DNA of 64,000 nucleotides, taken from the NCBI GenBank assembly GCA_951406725.2, contig OX597818.1, positions 11,842,001 through 11,906,000 of the forward strand. Reading direction: 5' to 3'. Position 1 is the first letter of the stretch. Every line of letters begins with the position of its first letter. The notes below the pieces were generated by a model that made no database searches, was not told the DNA's origin, and saw nothing but the letters and a program-made list of their open reading frames with translations. This DNA comes from Octopus vulgaris (taxonomy: Eukaryota). This document shows, piece after piece, positions 37,425-50,378 of the stretch. The translations under genes were made by a program, and so were the position numbers.

Positions 37425-37749
37425 CTAGCACTATGACCCGGCGTTGCCGGGTCATAGTGCTAGTGCATGCATATACAGCTGCGTGCATGCACACATACAG
37501 CTAGCTGGCATTCAATTGGTGTATCAAGTTTCGAGCATTTTGATTCGGTTTGGGATAGAAAATTCACAAAAAAATCACTTCTATTGATTTTTTAATGGCT
37601 TTGCGGGGTGACTGGGAAAATGTAAAGATGTACACGACCACCCTTGGATGGTTTTGAATGACCATAGAAAGTGCGAGCCCTCTAACTGAAAAATTGTGGA
37701 TTTGTATAAAGGACACAGACAGACGTTTTGCCATTTATATATAGAGAGA
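37425..37749 (-). mobile_element. Non-autonomous Helitron
   Basis: Minus strand A|TCTCTCTATATATAAA...CTAG|T, inserted between A and T with no TSD, with a GC-rich subterminal hairpin. Confidence 0.8.
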
Positions 37750-37884
37750 TATATGAGGTAATAGATGTGCTAGGTGCACAGTAAAATTACTGTATTGGTT
37801 GCAGCTCTTAATAATGTATTCGCATTAAGCTCCCTCTGCTGCATGACCCAATAGTGTTCTCTGCAACCAGTATAGGGGCTATTA

Positions 37885-38306
37885 TCTGTATATGTAAAAG
37901 ACAGGATGTGTCTGTGTGTGTGTGTGCGTGTACGTAAATGTAATTTATGCACGTCCACAAATTAGCACGCATGTCACTCCAAATTTAGGAGGACATTCGT
38001 TATGACCCTAGCTGTATTTTCGTCAATTTATTTTTCCCAGAGGCATCAGCGAATAGCAGTAAAAATGAATTTTCAACCAAAACTTTTAACAATTTTCAAG
38101 TCGGAGAAATCACCACTGTTTGCAAACAGGAGTTAAGTCCCCTTCTAGTGACAAGTAAGTTTTTGTTAAGACTATTGTTTTTTTTTTCCATTGAGGTAAA
38201 AAGTATTTTGTGATATACGGGCAACACACACACACACATGAATATGTATCCGTACAAAAAACATGTATGCAATAGGTGTACATATGTACATGTGTGTATG
38301 TGTTGC

Positions 38307-38345
<39 letters not shown>

Positions 38346-38993
38346 ATGAATCCTCAAGTATAATCCGCATTTTTTCCCAAAATTTAAAGGTCAATATCCC
38401 TAGTGCATACTATATACGAGGTTAAAAATGAAAAATATTTTCTAAGTAATGTCCGAGTCTCTATTTGCTGTCCAGCAATGTTTAGTCAGAGCATTTTGTG
38501 ATGTCGGGCGCGAAAATACCTTAAGCTAAGCCTGAAAGCAATGAAGTTATAAAGCGATCATACATAACTTGCAGTAAGCAACATTTATTAAAATAAAAGT
38601 ATTCAGAACACAGAATAACATGTAACAAAAACAATTTGCAAACATATTTACATTCCCATATAACAGTTAAGAACACCACCATTATTGTATTACGCATGCG
38701 TGGAAATGTTTGTTCAACTAGGTGCTGCTGGCTTAATTATGCACAACTCAAGTTAGAGAAGGGGTGCGTATTATACACAAGGTTTAGGTTTTACAGAAGT
38801 ACAGCCCCCTAAAAATCCCCTGCGTATTATACTCAAGGGCAGACTATACTCAAAGATTTACGGTATATAAACCAATTTCGACAGATTTTGCCCAAATTTG
38901 ATGTCAATGTTACTTACTTCGGTTTGAAATAAAGAGCTTGATTAGCTTAATAATCCTAACTTAATCCCGGGCAAAGCCGGGTTATACTGCTAG
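37885..38993 (+). mobile_element. Non-autonomous Helitron carrying a nested MITE
   Basis: 5' A|TCTGTATATGTAAAA; 3' hairpin CCCGGGCAAAGCCGGG followed by CTAG|T at 38990-38994. Confidence 0.72.
38344..38863. mobile_element. Tc2/pogo-like MITE inserted at the end of a (TA)n tract
   Basis: TA flanks; TIRs CCATGAATCCTCAAGTATAATCCGC vs CCGTAAATCTTTGAGTATAGTCTGC; subterminal TGCGTATTATAC repeats. Confidence 0.8.
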
Positions 38994-39050
38994 TGTAATA
39001 TAAAGAACACATCTGTTACTAGAGGAGAACAAAGCATGGAAATGGTATTC

Positions 39051-39180
39051 TTGTTTCATCTGTTACATATGTTTCTGTAATCAATATTTGATGATGGCAA
39101 ATTATGTGATTTATAAGGAGCATAAATAATTTGCCGTCATTGATTATCAAACACAGAAACGTGTGTAACAGATGAAATAA
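39051..39180. repeat. ~130-bp imperfect palindrome (hairpin MITE-like)
   Basis: TTGTTTCATCTGTTACATATGTTTCTGT pairs with ACAGAAACGTGTGTAACAGATGAAATAA; inner GATGGCAAATTAT pairs with ATAATTTGCCGTC. Confidence 0.8.
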
Positions 39181-39969
39181 AGGAATATCAGATTCACACT
39201 AAAGATTTTCATATATATGTGCGTGTGTGTGTGTGTGCGAGCATATATATATACACGCACATATAATACTCTGTGTCTGTGTGTGTGTACACAAACATGC
39301 AAATCTATCTCAGCTTTCTGTTAGCTGCATCACTCATTCTCCCCTCTCTGATACCATCCACTGATACTGTTTTACCTGAAAAGTCACTTCTTGATCTGAA
39401 TTACACTCCTTTTCTGTCTTTTGTTTTCTATACTCACATATACTTCTATTCTCACATTAACTGTTTCTATCCTACAAACCAATTTTGTATTGTATGTATG
39501 TGTGAATGTATTAAGCTTGACCCCAATTTTAATACTATTTTCAAAGAATTCGTTTAAAAAGAAAAAAGACTGACCACTCCTATTCTAACATAATTCCTTT
39601 ACAAGTAACAAAGTAAATTTTATTCAGCTACTCCATATAACTAACACAGACATGCACACATACAATCTTAAGCCAATTCATAATAAATAAAAAAATTTTC
39701 TGATTTCCACAGTTTAATGGCTTTCTACTGAGGTGAAAACAGTCAATTATTGAGGAACTATACCTACGATTTCTTGTATGAAAAGAAACTGATACACAAT
39801 GCACTTAACATTTAAAAGTGCCTTGCTTAAGGCTACAGTTTAAAATTTGCTTATGTAAAAGATTGGCAAAGGCATTTTGCTTTCATCAACAATACATCAA
39901 ATAACTTACACTTAGTACTCTTGTGTTTGTATCTAATGAGCAGAACAAAACAGAACATCTTTAGTGAGG

Positions 39970-40052
39970 ATTAAGGGTCAAGTAGAATGTAACTGCATTA
40001 AGGACCAAGTACAATGTAACTGCATATTAAGGATCAAGTAGAATGTAACTAC
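39970..40052. repeat. 27-bp minisatellite, three copies
   Basis: ATTAAGGnnCAAGTAnAATGTAACTnC repeated three times. Confidence 0.85.
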
Positions 40053-41964
40053 ATAAAAACAAGAATATAGGAGAAACAAGATAACCAAGAGAACAAAATC
40101 TGAAATGAAAAACTTTCTCAAATGTTTTTATATCACAATTTTGGCCATCATCACTCAACATCCATATTTCATGCTGGCATAATTTGGATTCTTTGACAGC
40201 ATCCAACAGGTCAGAAGGCTGTACCAAGCTCCAAAGTCTATAATGGCATGTTTACATAGTGCTCTGGGTGCTTTCCATGTCACTAGCACAAGCAAGGTTG
40301 CTTAGTAGCTCACAAGACAAGACCCCTTCACTGGGGTGCATGACCTACCAGGTGTTGAGAGGCAAGTTTCTTCCAACAAACTTCTTACACATTAGTTGAG
40401 TATGCAGTCAGTGATCAACATTTTTCAGACTTTAATTTACCTCCTTTACCTGTGACATGTAATATATGCTGTTGTTGTTGTTGATATAACTATTTGGTTA
40501 TAGGACATCCCTGACCAACCAGCCTAGTGGTCAATGCATTCCAAGACAATCCCATGCTTCATTCAGTCATAGTGTATCCAGAAGCACATCATCCAGTGTG
40601 TCTGTTTTTGTCATCTTTGTTTAAATCTAGATGTCAGTCCTGTTCAAGCAGACTTATGACCAAATGTGTTCCAGCTATGACCATCCTGCCTTTTATTCAG
40701 ACAGGGTAGCTCAGAATACATTATGCAATGTGTCCTCCTTTGTTGTTGTTTAAGCCCATCCTAAGTCATTATTAATCAAGCAGATCCATCATCAAAAGTG
40801 TTCCATCTGAGACCATCACATCTTTTATTTAGGCAAAGTGTATCTAAGATTACATTACCTAGCATAAACTTCCATATTTAAAAATGATTTTAAGAAAAAA
40901 AATAGGTTGATATTTCTAGCACATTGAACAACCACATGGAGGCATCCAGTCAACTGGGATAAAGAATTGGGTAAAGGAATGGCTAGTGATTTTTGTCCTT
41001 TTATCCAACTATTTATGCATTACATGTTTTGCAGGTTATAATCATTATATATATATATATATATTATACACACACATACATACACAGAAGCTAGTACAAA
41101 CAGTGCAAGTCAATTAAAGAATATCATCAGCTAATCTAGTCAAATCGATATAATCAAAGAAACATGAGTATGTGCAAACAAAGACTGTCATAATCAACGA
41201 CAATGACCAGAGATTAAAAAGGTTAGTTAAAGGTTGATGTTAACACATAAAATGAGATTATTGCTATTGCTGTTAAAACTAATAGCAGCCTTCACGACAT
41301 TACTACCACCTGTTCTAATACACTTCCTGCACACTGACTTTGGGCTCTTAAGCCTGCCGTCATTATTTCATGTAGCAAACGGGACTTTCGTTATATTCTA
41401 AGTGAGTTTCTTTTGCTAAACCTCCTTAAGATAGTTTTAATAAATTTCAAGGTTTATTGAAACCTATCAGCAATTGCAAAAAAATTGGCAGTTAGTAATG
41501 AAAAGTTAGGGATGTGTGTATGTGTAGGTAGGTAGGGACAGACAGACAGACAGCAGGACAAACAGACAGTTGGATGGGTGGATGCATGGACAGATAGATA
41601 GATATGATTTCACTTAGGCATAGTGATACTAATAAGCAGTTAGAACTCAATATATGTTGCCTTAGGGTAAAAGCACCAAGTGAGTACAGAGTATAATATC
41701 TTATAATAATTTTACTTGTCACTCCATTACTTAGCCTGTCCGTAATACTTCCACATGATTAGTTGAAAGGAGAGGGAGGGAACGTCGTAGTGAGTGAAAT
41801 GTGCAATTTTTTTTTAACTAAAGAGAAGAGGGAAGGGAGGGGAAGTGGTGGTGATATATGCTGATTGCCGAAAGCATTTAAATACATAGAGTTGATTATG
41901 TGCAAAGCTATACATAATACAGTTTGAGGGTGATAAACCCCACACAGATATAAATATATTTTAA

Positions 41965-42190
41965 CCCTTTAGCACTCAGATTATTCTGTCAAATGTAATG
42001 CTTTTCTATTCACATTGTTTTAAGTTCATCATGCATTGTCTCATAGCTATGAGATTTCAATGACAAGACTGCATATTTTTAGAATGACATTGTAGGGAAG
42101 GTGTGAGAGACTGGATTTGGCTGGTTTGAACATTTAAAGTAGGTAGAATATTTGGGATGGATGTGGCTGGTTTAAATGAATGCTAAAGGG
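41965..42190. mobile_element. piggyBac-type MITE, inverted copy of the 11875 family
   Basis: TTAA-CCCTTTAGCA...TGCTAAAGGG-TAAA. Confidence 0.82.
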
Positions 42191-43318
42191 TAAAACCAGA
42201 ATAAATGCACACACCTGTATATATACATACCGAGAAATAAAAACAGACACCCACATATATACACGTGTCCTTACACCTGCATACATGTATAGTGACATAC
42301 GTAGAGGTACAAAAATATGTTATATACATACATACATACTTTTATGGGACCAAATCACAACTTTCCCCTGTGAATGGGACACCAGTCCATCTCAGGACAC
42401 ATATGGGTACAAATATATAAATTAGACAGCTGGACATTCACACAACTAGATCAACTCAGATGTAACAGTATGGAGATACTGATAAACTTATAGACAAATG
42501 TAGATAAGCCACCAACTATATATATATATATACATACATACATATATTTATCATCCCAAGAAAAGCTTTACTTTGTGTGTGTGTGTGTTTTGTGATGGCC
42601 TTTGTGCATATGAGATTGAGATAATTTAACATAAATTAAGGAAATAACAAAACTATATATATAGACTTGACTTAGTTTCTTAATTTCGGCTAAATTATCT
42701 TTATCTTATCTATACAAAAGTCATCATAAGACAAATAAAGGTCTTTTAGTGGGTAGTAAGGGATACAGCCATAAAAACCATGCTAAATCAGATTGGAACC
42801 TGGTGCAGCTCCTAAATTTACCAGTTTTCAATCAAACCATCTAACCCATGCCAGCATGGAAAATGGACGTTAAATGATGATGATGATGATGATTATATAT
42901 ATAGGTGGGACTTTCTTTTACATATATCCATTAGTGTATGTGTGTCCCCATACTTTTATATATGCCTGAGTTAATCAAATGGTATGTCCATATGTCCAAG
43001 TGTTTAATTTATACATGTGCAAATATGTGTATTTATGTATACTTGTATGTATATCTCTAAGCATGTATACATGTGTATTTATTATGTAGCTGTATGAATA
43101 CATATGTATATGAACATCTGTATATCTATGTATGTGTGCATCTATACACAAATGTGTTTGTAGATACATATATAAATACATATCCCTGGACCTATATGTC
43201 TCTAAACGTGTGCAGGTTTGATGATACAAGTGTGCATATATGTGGAGACTGTAGTTACTCCATACAGGTATATACATGTGCGTGTACATTTATTATGGTT
43301 TAGAAACATATATACATA

Positions 43319-43481
43319 GGCGCAGGGACTGCTGTGTAGTCAGAAGCTTTCTTCCCAACCACATGGTTCCATGTTCAGTCCCACTGCGTGGCTCCTTGAA
43401 CAAGTGTCACCTACTATAGCCTTGGGCCAACCAAAGCCTTGTGAGTGGATTTGATAGATGGAAACTGAAAGAAGTCCTTCA

Positions 43482-43535
<54 letters not shown>

Positions 43536-43747
43536 TTTATGTGTTTGAGGCTTTGTGTCTGTGTTTGTCCCCACCACCATTGCTTGACAACCAACATCGG
43601 TGTGTTTATGTCCCTGAAACTTGGCAGTTCAACAAAATAAACTGATAGAATAAGTACTATGTTTAACAAAAACAAGTCCTGGGTTTGATTTGTTCAACTA
43701 AAGGCAGTGCTCCAGCATAGCCACAATCAAATGACTGAAACATGTAA
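43319..43747 (+). mobile_element. SINE family B, full-length copy
   Basis: GGCGCAGG...GCTGTGTAGT (A-box-like), GTTCAGTCCCACT (B-box-like), CCTTGAACAAGTGTC (CORE-like), internal (TG)/(TA), 3' AATGACTGAAACATGT followed by an A-rich tail. Confidence 0.88.
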
Positions 43748-44337
43748 AAAAAAAAAACAGATCTTAGTCTGAGAGCAGGCTTTTTCACCCTCCTACTGTA
43801 TTATATAGTTCAGCATGTAACCAACTGCATGTATTTTGATATTTCAGCAATAAACATACGTTTCATTTAAATGACCCCAAAGAAGCCATAAGAAGTTGTA
43901 CAACTATTCAGCACTGAGTGCCCTGCTTCTTGGAGCAGAAACTGTAAGCATTACATTACTCCAGTTCTTAAATATACCATCATCATTTTATATCAATTTT
44001 CCATGCTGTCATGGGTTGAACAGTTTGCCAAGTTTCAAATCAGTTCTTACTGGGAATTACTGCCAATCTAAATGAACTAGATAGTCACCATTTACTAATA
44101 AGTTTCATTTTTGGTTTGGTTTCCATAACTAGATGCCCTTCCTTTGACCCACTACTTTACAGAATGTACTGGGTGCATTTTATCATGGCACCAGCACTTA
44201 GGAAAGTGTCATAACTTGTCAAGACTAGAGGGCCCCTCTTAACTCTCTGTCGTCATTCATCTGCCAACCACTTAACTGTGTACAGCAAGTGCATTTTAGC
44301 ATGGTAGCAATGCAAAATAGCAATGATCATCTTCATT

Positions 44338-44342
<5 letters not shown>

Positions 44343-44423
<81 letters not shown>

Positions 44424-44432
44424 TGTGTGTGT
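44343..44432. repeat. (GT)n/(GA)n microsatellite
   Basis: Read directly. Confidence 0.95.
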
Positions 44433-45933
44433 GTTGTGATAACACATTGAAAAAGTGGAATTGAAACTACAAGATAACATTACAGTTGTACCCTTGAAAG
44501 TAATCTTAAATATTGTAAAAAAAAAAAAAGCAGACAAAAATGTTGTAAATGAGTGAAAATCTAGTTCATAAAACAAAACACTAGCTTTTGAATATATTGT
44601 TAATTGAATTCATGACCATATCACTTCTAAGTAGATTAAATGTAAATTAATATTCCATCAAAGTATTATACAACAGAAGTTTGTAGTACTTGGAATGGCC
44701 ACAAGCATAATGAGAAATCACTTAGGAACTGTGTATGAGGATATATTTATTGCCATTTCTAATTATCAGTTACTCTTCTTTCTTAAGTAGCAGTTTCGCT
44801 GTACTTTGTGTAAGTAAATTATATTCAGTTGTACTTTTGTTTCTAGGCTCTTTTTTTAAAACAATCTCTTGCATTCTAATTTGGAAAAACGTTTGGTTCA
44901 ATTTACCAGTTTTAACACAACAATGGTAATAAATTCATTGTTAGAAGGAGCAAAGATCAACATTTGTACAAAATAATGAACTATAACTTCAGTAGTCGAC
45001 TATCACAAACAGTATTTTAAGCACATATTACTCATAACGTTGATAAAAAAGAAAAAAATTATCACTAGGTTTCCAAAGAAAACATAATTTATATTTAGCA
45101 AACTCATTGACTATTAATGTCTTGAACAAGGAGATTTAGTCCTATACAAAATGAATGCAAAGTATTGATACAAATATTATAGCTGTCCTCTGTAGTGTTC
45201 ACTAAGACAAGATATCAATAAATGTGATGGGAAATTAAGCCCAATCTATTTTGTCAACACCCTTTCTCTGTATATGATACATATGAATGTTCTGGGAAGT
45301 TAAAATTACATCATAATAAAGTGAGTGCTGACATACGTAATAAAGTAAAAAAATAAATAAAATAAATGACAACTTGAAATCTTAATTTTTATCAAAAAAT
45401 CAATTAAATATGGGATGCTATGGGCATGAGCCTGACCTTCAGCAGTACTATGACAACTACGGTGATGTTTCAGCCTTACTAAGCTTTATCAGTAAACACT
45501 CCCACATCAGTTGACAGCAGATGTTCAGTAGGATCTTATATAACTTGCTACAAATCCTTACAAGATCTCTGTCCTTACTAGTTGATGAATATAAAATATC
45601 TCATGTCATTTCAAAACATGATAATCCAGGTTAAATATGTCTCATAAGACCTAACTTTGAACATATAGTGCATGACATTATCATCAATGTATACGGGTGT
45701 CAAAATTTTCTCTCCTCATATAAGCTTCAACTTGTGTATTAATGAATTCTATAATTTCTTACTAAAGAGACTATCAGCTTTTTAATCAATAAAGTTACAC
45801 AAATTTTTCAAATATAGATCAAAGATGCTAGTATATAGTAACAGTTATTTGTATAGTTAATATATAACAATTATACTAGTTGGAAATTAGGTATTCTTTT
45901 CAACAGAATTAGTAAGTCATTGTCAATTTTATG

Positions 45934-46018
<85 letters not shown>

Positions 46019-46167
46019 TATGAGAGGTAATGGTGTCAATAAGACCCAAAGGTGTCTGATAATGCTGAGTAAGTGTTATGGACAGACTATAGTTCAGCTC
46101 CAGGTTCTGTGATTATGTGAATAAGGAGTCCAACGTAGGTCATATATCAGCATGCGTATATATAAAA

Positions 46168-46273
46168 AAATTTTCAGAATGAGATAAAAATCCAAGGATG
46201 TGAAAGATTTTACAACATTTAAATGTTCTAAAATCTTTCACAGCCTTGGATTTTTTTCTCATTCTGAAAATTT
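46168..46273. repeat. 106-bp spacerless near-perfect palindrome
   Basis: 53-bp arms centred on CATTT|AAATG (46220/46221) with 3 mismatched pairs. Confidence 0.93.
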
Positions 46274-46331
46274 ATGGGTCCAACCCATGCTAGCATGGAA
46301 AACGGACGCTAAATGATGATGATGATGATGA

Positions 46332-46723
46332 CTAGCAGTATCGCCCGGCATTGCTCGGGTTTGTAAGGGAAATAACTATATAAGCATTTTTAGAGATGTA
46401 AAGTATAATAGCCATCTCAATATGGCTAACCACAAAGTGGGGTGTTACTGTAGCTTTTTACGTTCTGAGATTTAATAATAAATTTTTAGAGAGTTACTTC
46501 CCTTATATATGCCAAAAATGCATTAAAAATGGAAAAAAATTGATGGTAAATTTTTTTTAAATCGTAGACTCATCGTAGACGTGCGCTAATACCCAGAAGG
46601 GCTCGATATGAATCACGACTATAAGATACCCGGTTTTGGTTAAACTGCACGGCAAAATGTGGGAGTAGTTAGGAATCTAAATCGTAGGAGACAGACACAC
46701 AACTTCACTTTTATATATAAAGA
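46332..46723 (-). mobile_element. Non-autonomous Helitron
   Basis: Minus strand A|TCTTTATATATAAAA at the 5' end; hairpin CCCGAGCAATGCCGGG then CTAG|T at the 3' end. Confidence 0.8.
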
Positions 46724-47296
46724 TATATACACACATACACACACAAGCGCACATATATACATTTGCAAAATATGTAATGTGTGTGTGTATATAATATGTA
46801 TATATATATATTACATGAGAGAGTGTGAGTGAGTGAACATGTGTGTGCTATCATGTATGTGTATGTGGCATTCTCTCTCTCTCTTTCTCTCACATACATG
46901 TCCATTTCATATACACGTACATACATCTTTCACTTTCTCCTCTCTTTCACTTTATAACAAAAGCAAATAAATAAAAAATTGTTACAGAAATTAACAAAAA
47001 AAATCAGCTGATCCAGCTGACAGTTCTGAGAGTCAAAATAAAAGATTGCCCCAAGGGAATACCATTACAAAAATCTTTTCGAGCGCATTCAACGTAAAAA
47101 GCACCCACTACACTCTCAGAGTGGTTGGCATTAGGAAGGGCATCATGCTGTAGAAACACTGCCAGATCAGATTGGGGCCTGGTGCAGCCTCCTGGCTTCC
47201 CAAACCCCAGTCAAACTATCCAACCCATGCCAGCATGGAAAACGGACATTAAACGATGATAATGATATACATGCACAATATATACATCCACAAGTG

Positions 47297-47345
<49 letters not shown>

Positions 47346-47929
47346 ATTACTACACACACACACACACACATATACGAGAATATACAAGAATATATCATAT
47401 GTATGTGTTTTGTGTGTGTACATACATATACAGAAGAAGAAATATCACAACAGCAGTGATCCAATTCCAGTTCACTGTCAGATAAACTAGAAATTAATGC
47501 AAGTCACTCGAAAATTTTATAGTTGACTTGTACAATGTGTATATGATAAGTTAATTGAAGACTTAACAGGAGGAAGACAGGTGTTTCACATATCTTGTTT
47601 ATTACAACAATAAATATCTTAATAATCATGTTTCTTCTCAGAAAAAGTAGGTTACCTCTATTGTTCCTTGTAGCTAACTCGAGTATCAAGCCACTGCCCC
47701 AGCTTAGATCTTTGAATTTTTTTTTTGACCAGATGATAGCACTTCTATGTAGGAGCTCAACCTGCAAGAAACAGCAGCCAAAACTCATACACTACCTTCT
47801 AAAAATGGGGGAAATGTATATAGCCCTAAATACACCTAAAAAGGGAGAGGGTCCAGTTACAGCTTGACTACAAGCCATTACTGCTGTCTCACCAACTTAA
47901 GAGACCAATGAAATTTTCCTGAGCCAACA

Positions 47930-48130
47930 AGAGAGCCTCTATATGGTTATTCAATCAACTAGAAATAGCAGTCAAATCTACTGAAATCACATCCTGCCAT
48001 CTGAAAAAAGAGGGAAAGACAACAATGTAGGCCTAGATCTTCCAGAAGGAACAGAATGGTCATGGTTGGAAGTACCTTTAATTTATGCCTCCTTGATGAA
48101 AGCTGATCTGGAATGAAACCTCAAGCACAA
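47930..48130 (+). repeat. Old interspersed repeat family E (CTAGAAATAGCAGCCAAATCT...GGTCATGGCTGGAATGCCTTT...), representative copy
   Basis: Diverged copies near 17070-17600(-), 26110(-), 28215, 30200-30550, 40470-40950(-), 51510, 59520 and 60230(-). Confidence 0.6.
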
Positions 48131-49724
48131 CTGTATTTTGTACCTTTTGCACTTCATTTGGAAAAGAATAATGTATATTTCAAAGTCAGGATTGGAATTT
48201 TCTTCAAAACAACAATTCTGATTTCACATTAAGTAACAGTTCTCCATGAGTTAGATGTGAAAGTCGAGTAGTGTAAGATGCCGATTTGCTCACAGCAAGG
48301 ATGGGGAGGGAGGGAAGAAAGAGAAAGAAAGAACCAATCAATTAACAACCACAACACCAAAGAATATATTTACCTTGTGGTTGGCTAATTGAGAAGAAAC
48401 TGCTTTTATAAGATGATGTAGAAGGCCTAGCATGTGATAAAAAAAAAAGGAAGAAGTAAAAAGAAATAAGTAAACTGCAATAGTTAGTACTTTTGTAGAA
48501 TATAATACGGCACCTTGTGAGTGGATGTAAGTGTCAGATACGTGTTTTAAAAAACAAAAACTAAATAATTCTCTACGAATAAATAAGTTATAGTAAATTA
48601 AGACAGCCTCACTCACCCAGGTCTGACATTGGAGAATTTGTTGTTCTGGCTTAAGAGACAGAACCAAGGACAAATATTACTAAGTAAGTAAACACATTTT
48701 AGTAACAATCAGCAGGCTAGTTTTATTAATGTAACCTAACACACATTATTCATTGGCAAAATCAGCAAGGTGCTGGAGTAACAAGGAAGACAAAATGCTT
48801 TGCTCCACATGTTATAAATCACATAGCATTCAAATTCCTTCAAATCCCAAATGCAGTTATTTTTAAGTACTCACTTTTATCATCATCATCATCATTTAGT
48901 GTCCTTTTACTATGCAAGCATGGGTTAGACAGTTTGACTGGAACTGGTAAGCCAGAGAGCTGCACCAGGCTACAGTCTGTTTTGGTTTGGTTTCTAAAGC
49001 TAACCACTGTACAGAATGTACCGGGTGCCTTTAACATGTCAGTGACATGGGTGTCTTTTACATGTCACTGGCATGGGTACCATTTTCATGTCATGGACAC
49101 CTCTCACGTGTTACTTGCACTGGCCATAACTACTAGTTCACTAAGCTAGACATATCTTCTGAAGCACAGTAAATGGCCAAGAGTTTTGGCATTTTCCTAC
49201 AAATCTGTCAACAAGCAAATTTTATAAATAACACACATTTTCTCAATTCCATCTCTCATTTGAAAGATAAACATATAATTTAGTAATTATACATTCTACA
49301 CTGCATTTTTTTGAAGTTTTAAACACAGCTGACAGACACCACCACCCCCCTACTGTGTTAAAAAAAGGGGTACATTGCCAAACAGTAGTCCTATATATAT
49401 ATATACACAAAAGATGTGACAGTTGCTACTGGAATACTTTTGATCATAATCCTGTTAAAAAGAGGGATGGCCTGAAAGCTGAACAACAACAATTTCTAAC
49501 AGAAGCACAAAGCCTTATGTTTGGGGGCAGAGTATAGTAAATTATACTGATCCCCTGGTATTTGACTAGTGCTTTATTTCAGTGACAAACCTATTCCCAC
49601 TCTGAAAGATGATAGAAGCCAAAGTTGACCTCAGCAAAAGTTGAACACAGAATATAAAAAGCCAGAAGAAAAGCCTCAAAGAATTGTAAATAGAGAATGT
49701 GAAAAATTTAAACTCAATGAATTA

Positions 49725-49965
49725 AGTTACACAAAATGGCTGGAAATATGTAACTGTAGGAAACCAACCACCATAGTAACGATGGAATTTCTGGACGAAC
49801 TTTTTGCACAATATGGTGTCTCAGACACTATAGTGTCTGATAACAGAACACAGTTCATGTCAAAGGAATTTAAAACCTTTTGTAAAATGCATGCAATGGA
49901 GCATATTACTACTCCGCCATACCATCCGAGATCGAATGAACTAGCAGAACGTTTTGTAGACATGT
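49725..49965 (+). mobile_element. Ty3/Gypsy integrase (rve) fragment
   Basis: YTKWLEI...LDELFAQYGVSDTIVSDNRTQFMSKEFKTFC...HITTPPYHPRSNELAERFV matches the integrase core (SDNGxQF...PYHPxSNGxAER). No LTRs seen. Confidence 0.88.
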
Positions 49966-50345
49966 AGCTTGGTGTGTCAATCAATAAATGCATTTGCAGT
50001 ATTTAATTATATCTCCTTATGTTGTGAACTCAATCTCTACCAAAGTCAGTTTTGCCTAACATTCTTCAAGGATTGTAAAATTAAATACTGATAATGCATG
50101 AGAGTTGACTAAATCATATTCACCCTCACTGCCCAAACATCTATAACTATCAACCAATGTTAGAAATTGGATTGGTAAGTTGCTAAGAGTATCAAACAAA
50201 ATGCCTTGTGGTAATTGCTGTGGCTCTTTCCATTCTAAGAACAACTTTGCTTTCTTTTCACTCCTCTGGGGTCCTCAAAATTAAGTATCAGTCAAGTAAT
50301 GGAATCAATGTATTTGTCCTCAAAACTGCAGGCCTTGCATTTGAA

Positions 50346-50378
<33 letters not shown>

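Noticed and set aside
41328-41334. TGCACAC metal-response-element match
   Set aside because: TGCRCNC arises often by chance in CA/TG-rich DNA, and I saw no cluster near a defined promoter.
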